The notes below the pieces were generated by a model, which saw only the letters and a list, made by a program, of their open reading frames with translations, did no database searches and was not told the DNA's origin. Shown in pieces: positions 61,792-64,000 of a stretch of 64,000 nucleotides of DNA. Each line of letters starts with the position of its first letter. Position 1 is the first letter of the stretch. The position numbers were made by a program, and so were the translations under genes. Origin of the DNA: Takakia lepidozioides (lineage: Eukaryota; Plantae; Bryophyta); the NCBI GenBank assembly GCA_030704615.1, contig CM060733.1:26226001-26290000 (forward strand). Direction: 5' to 3'.

Positions 61792-64000
61792 GCCTCCAAG
61801 AAGCTACAGATGCATGACATTGGTTATCGTATTTGAACAACACAATTTATTTGATTTGAGCATTGGTGATAGATTTCGATTGTAGTGACTATGGTTGTTT
61901 ATAGAGGAGCTGAAGAGAGCCATTTTAACATATTTGTATTGAGGCTTGCATTCGTTCTTTAGTTTCATAAAAAAAATTAAAGTATGGATTGGGGTAGTAT
62001 ATGTGTATGTTGATTTGGTGAAGAATAGTGAGAAAAGACAAGTGTGGGAAATATATATTGGATTATTTGAAGGACGATGTAGAAGTAATATTACACCTAG
62101 TTGTGTCAGTTAATATATTATTTCCTTTAATATCAATATGGGAACACACTTTGTGGAGGTGGATGTTGCTCATAAAAAACACATCTTTTATCTAACGATG
62201 TCTTCATTGAAACTCGTCTATTATATATATTGTCATTTTCGTGTAAGTGGGATTCTCGTAGAATAGCAAGATTGAGATGACATGATTCTAAAATTCGGTT
62301 ATGACTAATTAACTAATGTCAACATATAGTTGGATATTCAATTTAATCGTTACAATACAATATTATTATCATCCAATATACAATCACTAATAGTGGATTA
62401 AACAAATGAAGAACACATAAATATAATACTTTTTTTCATAATAGTAATTTTATAAGTTAGCACAGTGATCATTATCATTTGAGAATCACATGTAGTGGAC
62501 ATACATAGGATGTTGTACATGGGATAGACATAGCTGTATATGTACATGCCCACCCCTTGAAAATTAGAAAATGGTCAAATATCTGCAAGAGAAAGAGGCT
62601 CTTATTCATACTAACTCCAGTTGGTGTCATGACCTCTCTCTCATCTCTTTATGATGTCATGTAGTATTAATGAGTAAAGGGATCATAAAGATTGGAGGGC
62701 CTTCTTTTTAGTGTTAGAGTTTGAGGTTCAACTCCTTAGATCATGGCATATGAATTGACTACGGGAACAACTCTGAAGCCTCACCGTGACTTCGACTCCG
62801 AAGACTACGTGATTGTAGAATGGTGGGTATGAGAAATTGAACAAAGGGTAAACTCAAAAAACCTTGAGTGTTTGTGGTATGCCCTGCGCCATGGCGTCCA
62901 ACAGATCGTCTCCAACAGAACGCAATCAGAGTAGAAGCGTTCACAGATAGAGAATGGCTCATACACAAAGAGAGAGCAACATGTAATCTGTAGATAAATA
63001 GGGATAGAGTACTTCCCAACAAGGAGTAAAAGCGTCGGTGCAAAATAAAGAACCATGAGTTTCTGATCAAAGCGATCACCGCTTTGTCGTCTGCCAGAGA
63101 AGAATCTGTTTAACCACCAGTGCGCATCCCAAGAGCCAGCCATCACGAGTACCATGTAGCAGCAGGGGAGCAAGTTTATACGGCGCATCATCAAGGTTCA
63201 CTGAAGCACGAGTTCAGTGCTGTGAAGTGTGTCGGCCTGCTTAGGGCACAACTTCCCGATTTGAATGAGACCAATCGGGTATTAATGACTCGTGAAGGAG
63301 TGCCGCCCAAAGGTTCCATCTACACAGCCGTCAACCTTCCCTAGAATGTGCTGGTATATTGCAAGACCCTACCCAGGATCCAAGAAAGAAATCGGGGTCT
63401 TTGAAACTGGTATTGCGCTCTGCATTCACGAGATGTATCAATATGAGTATGGTAGGGTGGCAACCCGAAATAGGGTAACACTGGTCTATCTTGGGGTATT
63501 GTGGCCGTCACCTACCCGCCTGGTAGGTTCTCTCATACCAGGTTGATCCCCACTATTGATACCCGGGTTAACCCTATATACCAGTACAACACTGGTCATA
63601 ACAATACTTTGTCGAATTGTAATTTCATATGTATTTTTACCATTCATCCAAAACTGAAGGTTGATTAATCATCATTGTAACAAAAACTTTCATACAATGG
63701 TCACGACATATGACATATATTCTATCAAAATTGTATATTTATAATAACATCAAAGTATTTTATGTTAAGTTTCATTGCGAAGTACAAATGGATACTAAGA
63801 AATGTTATGGATGAATTTTAATTCATCAAGCTTTAAATTTTACGAAGGAGCTTCATAGCTTTGTCGTACAAGATAGGACCACAACATGTTACCAACCAAG
63901 CCAAGATGAACCATACACTTACCTATATATCCAATTAGTACATTCCCTCACTTGGCACATCCAGAAAGAATCCACGACATCCAAACTAGCTACCAAAAGC

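Noticed and set aside
62700-63560. Short ORFs near the window end
   Set aside because: No recognisable motifs or consistent coding frame.

Overview
This is eukaryotic nuclear DNA, most likely from a non-seed land plant (bryophyte, lycophyte or fern), judged from the abundant PLS-class PPR sequences and short GT-AG introns. It has few intact host genes: a PLS-E-DYW PPR gene with a mutated deaminase zinc ligand (9.6-11.6 kb), a head-to-head RanBPM (SPRY-LisH-CTLH-CRA) gene with an intron-free CDS, a tandem pair of small zinc-finger ORFs, and a secreted GNA/bulb-type lectin. The rest is decayed PPR copies, whose parent was an OSB-type PDF-motif/PLS-PPR fusion, interleaved with transposable elements. 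These include copia and hAT remnants, three non-autonomous TIR elements (hAT-, Sola2- and piggyBac-like), tRNA-like SINEs, and a Dualen/RandI-like LINE end with chromodomain, RNase H and RLE. The most striking feature is a decayed ~12 kb DNA transposon (39.9-51.8 kb). It pairs a GCM-like zinc finger/MULE-type DDE/SWIM transposase with a divergently transcribed, spliced gene encoding a ParB/Srx-like domain fused to a prokaryote-type beta-class N4-C/N6-A DNA methyltransferase. An array of CGCCGGCG palindromes lies between the two genes, and an internal inversion has split the methyltransferase across opposite strands. All domain calls come from reading motifs by eye and need HMM confirmation.
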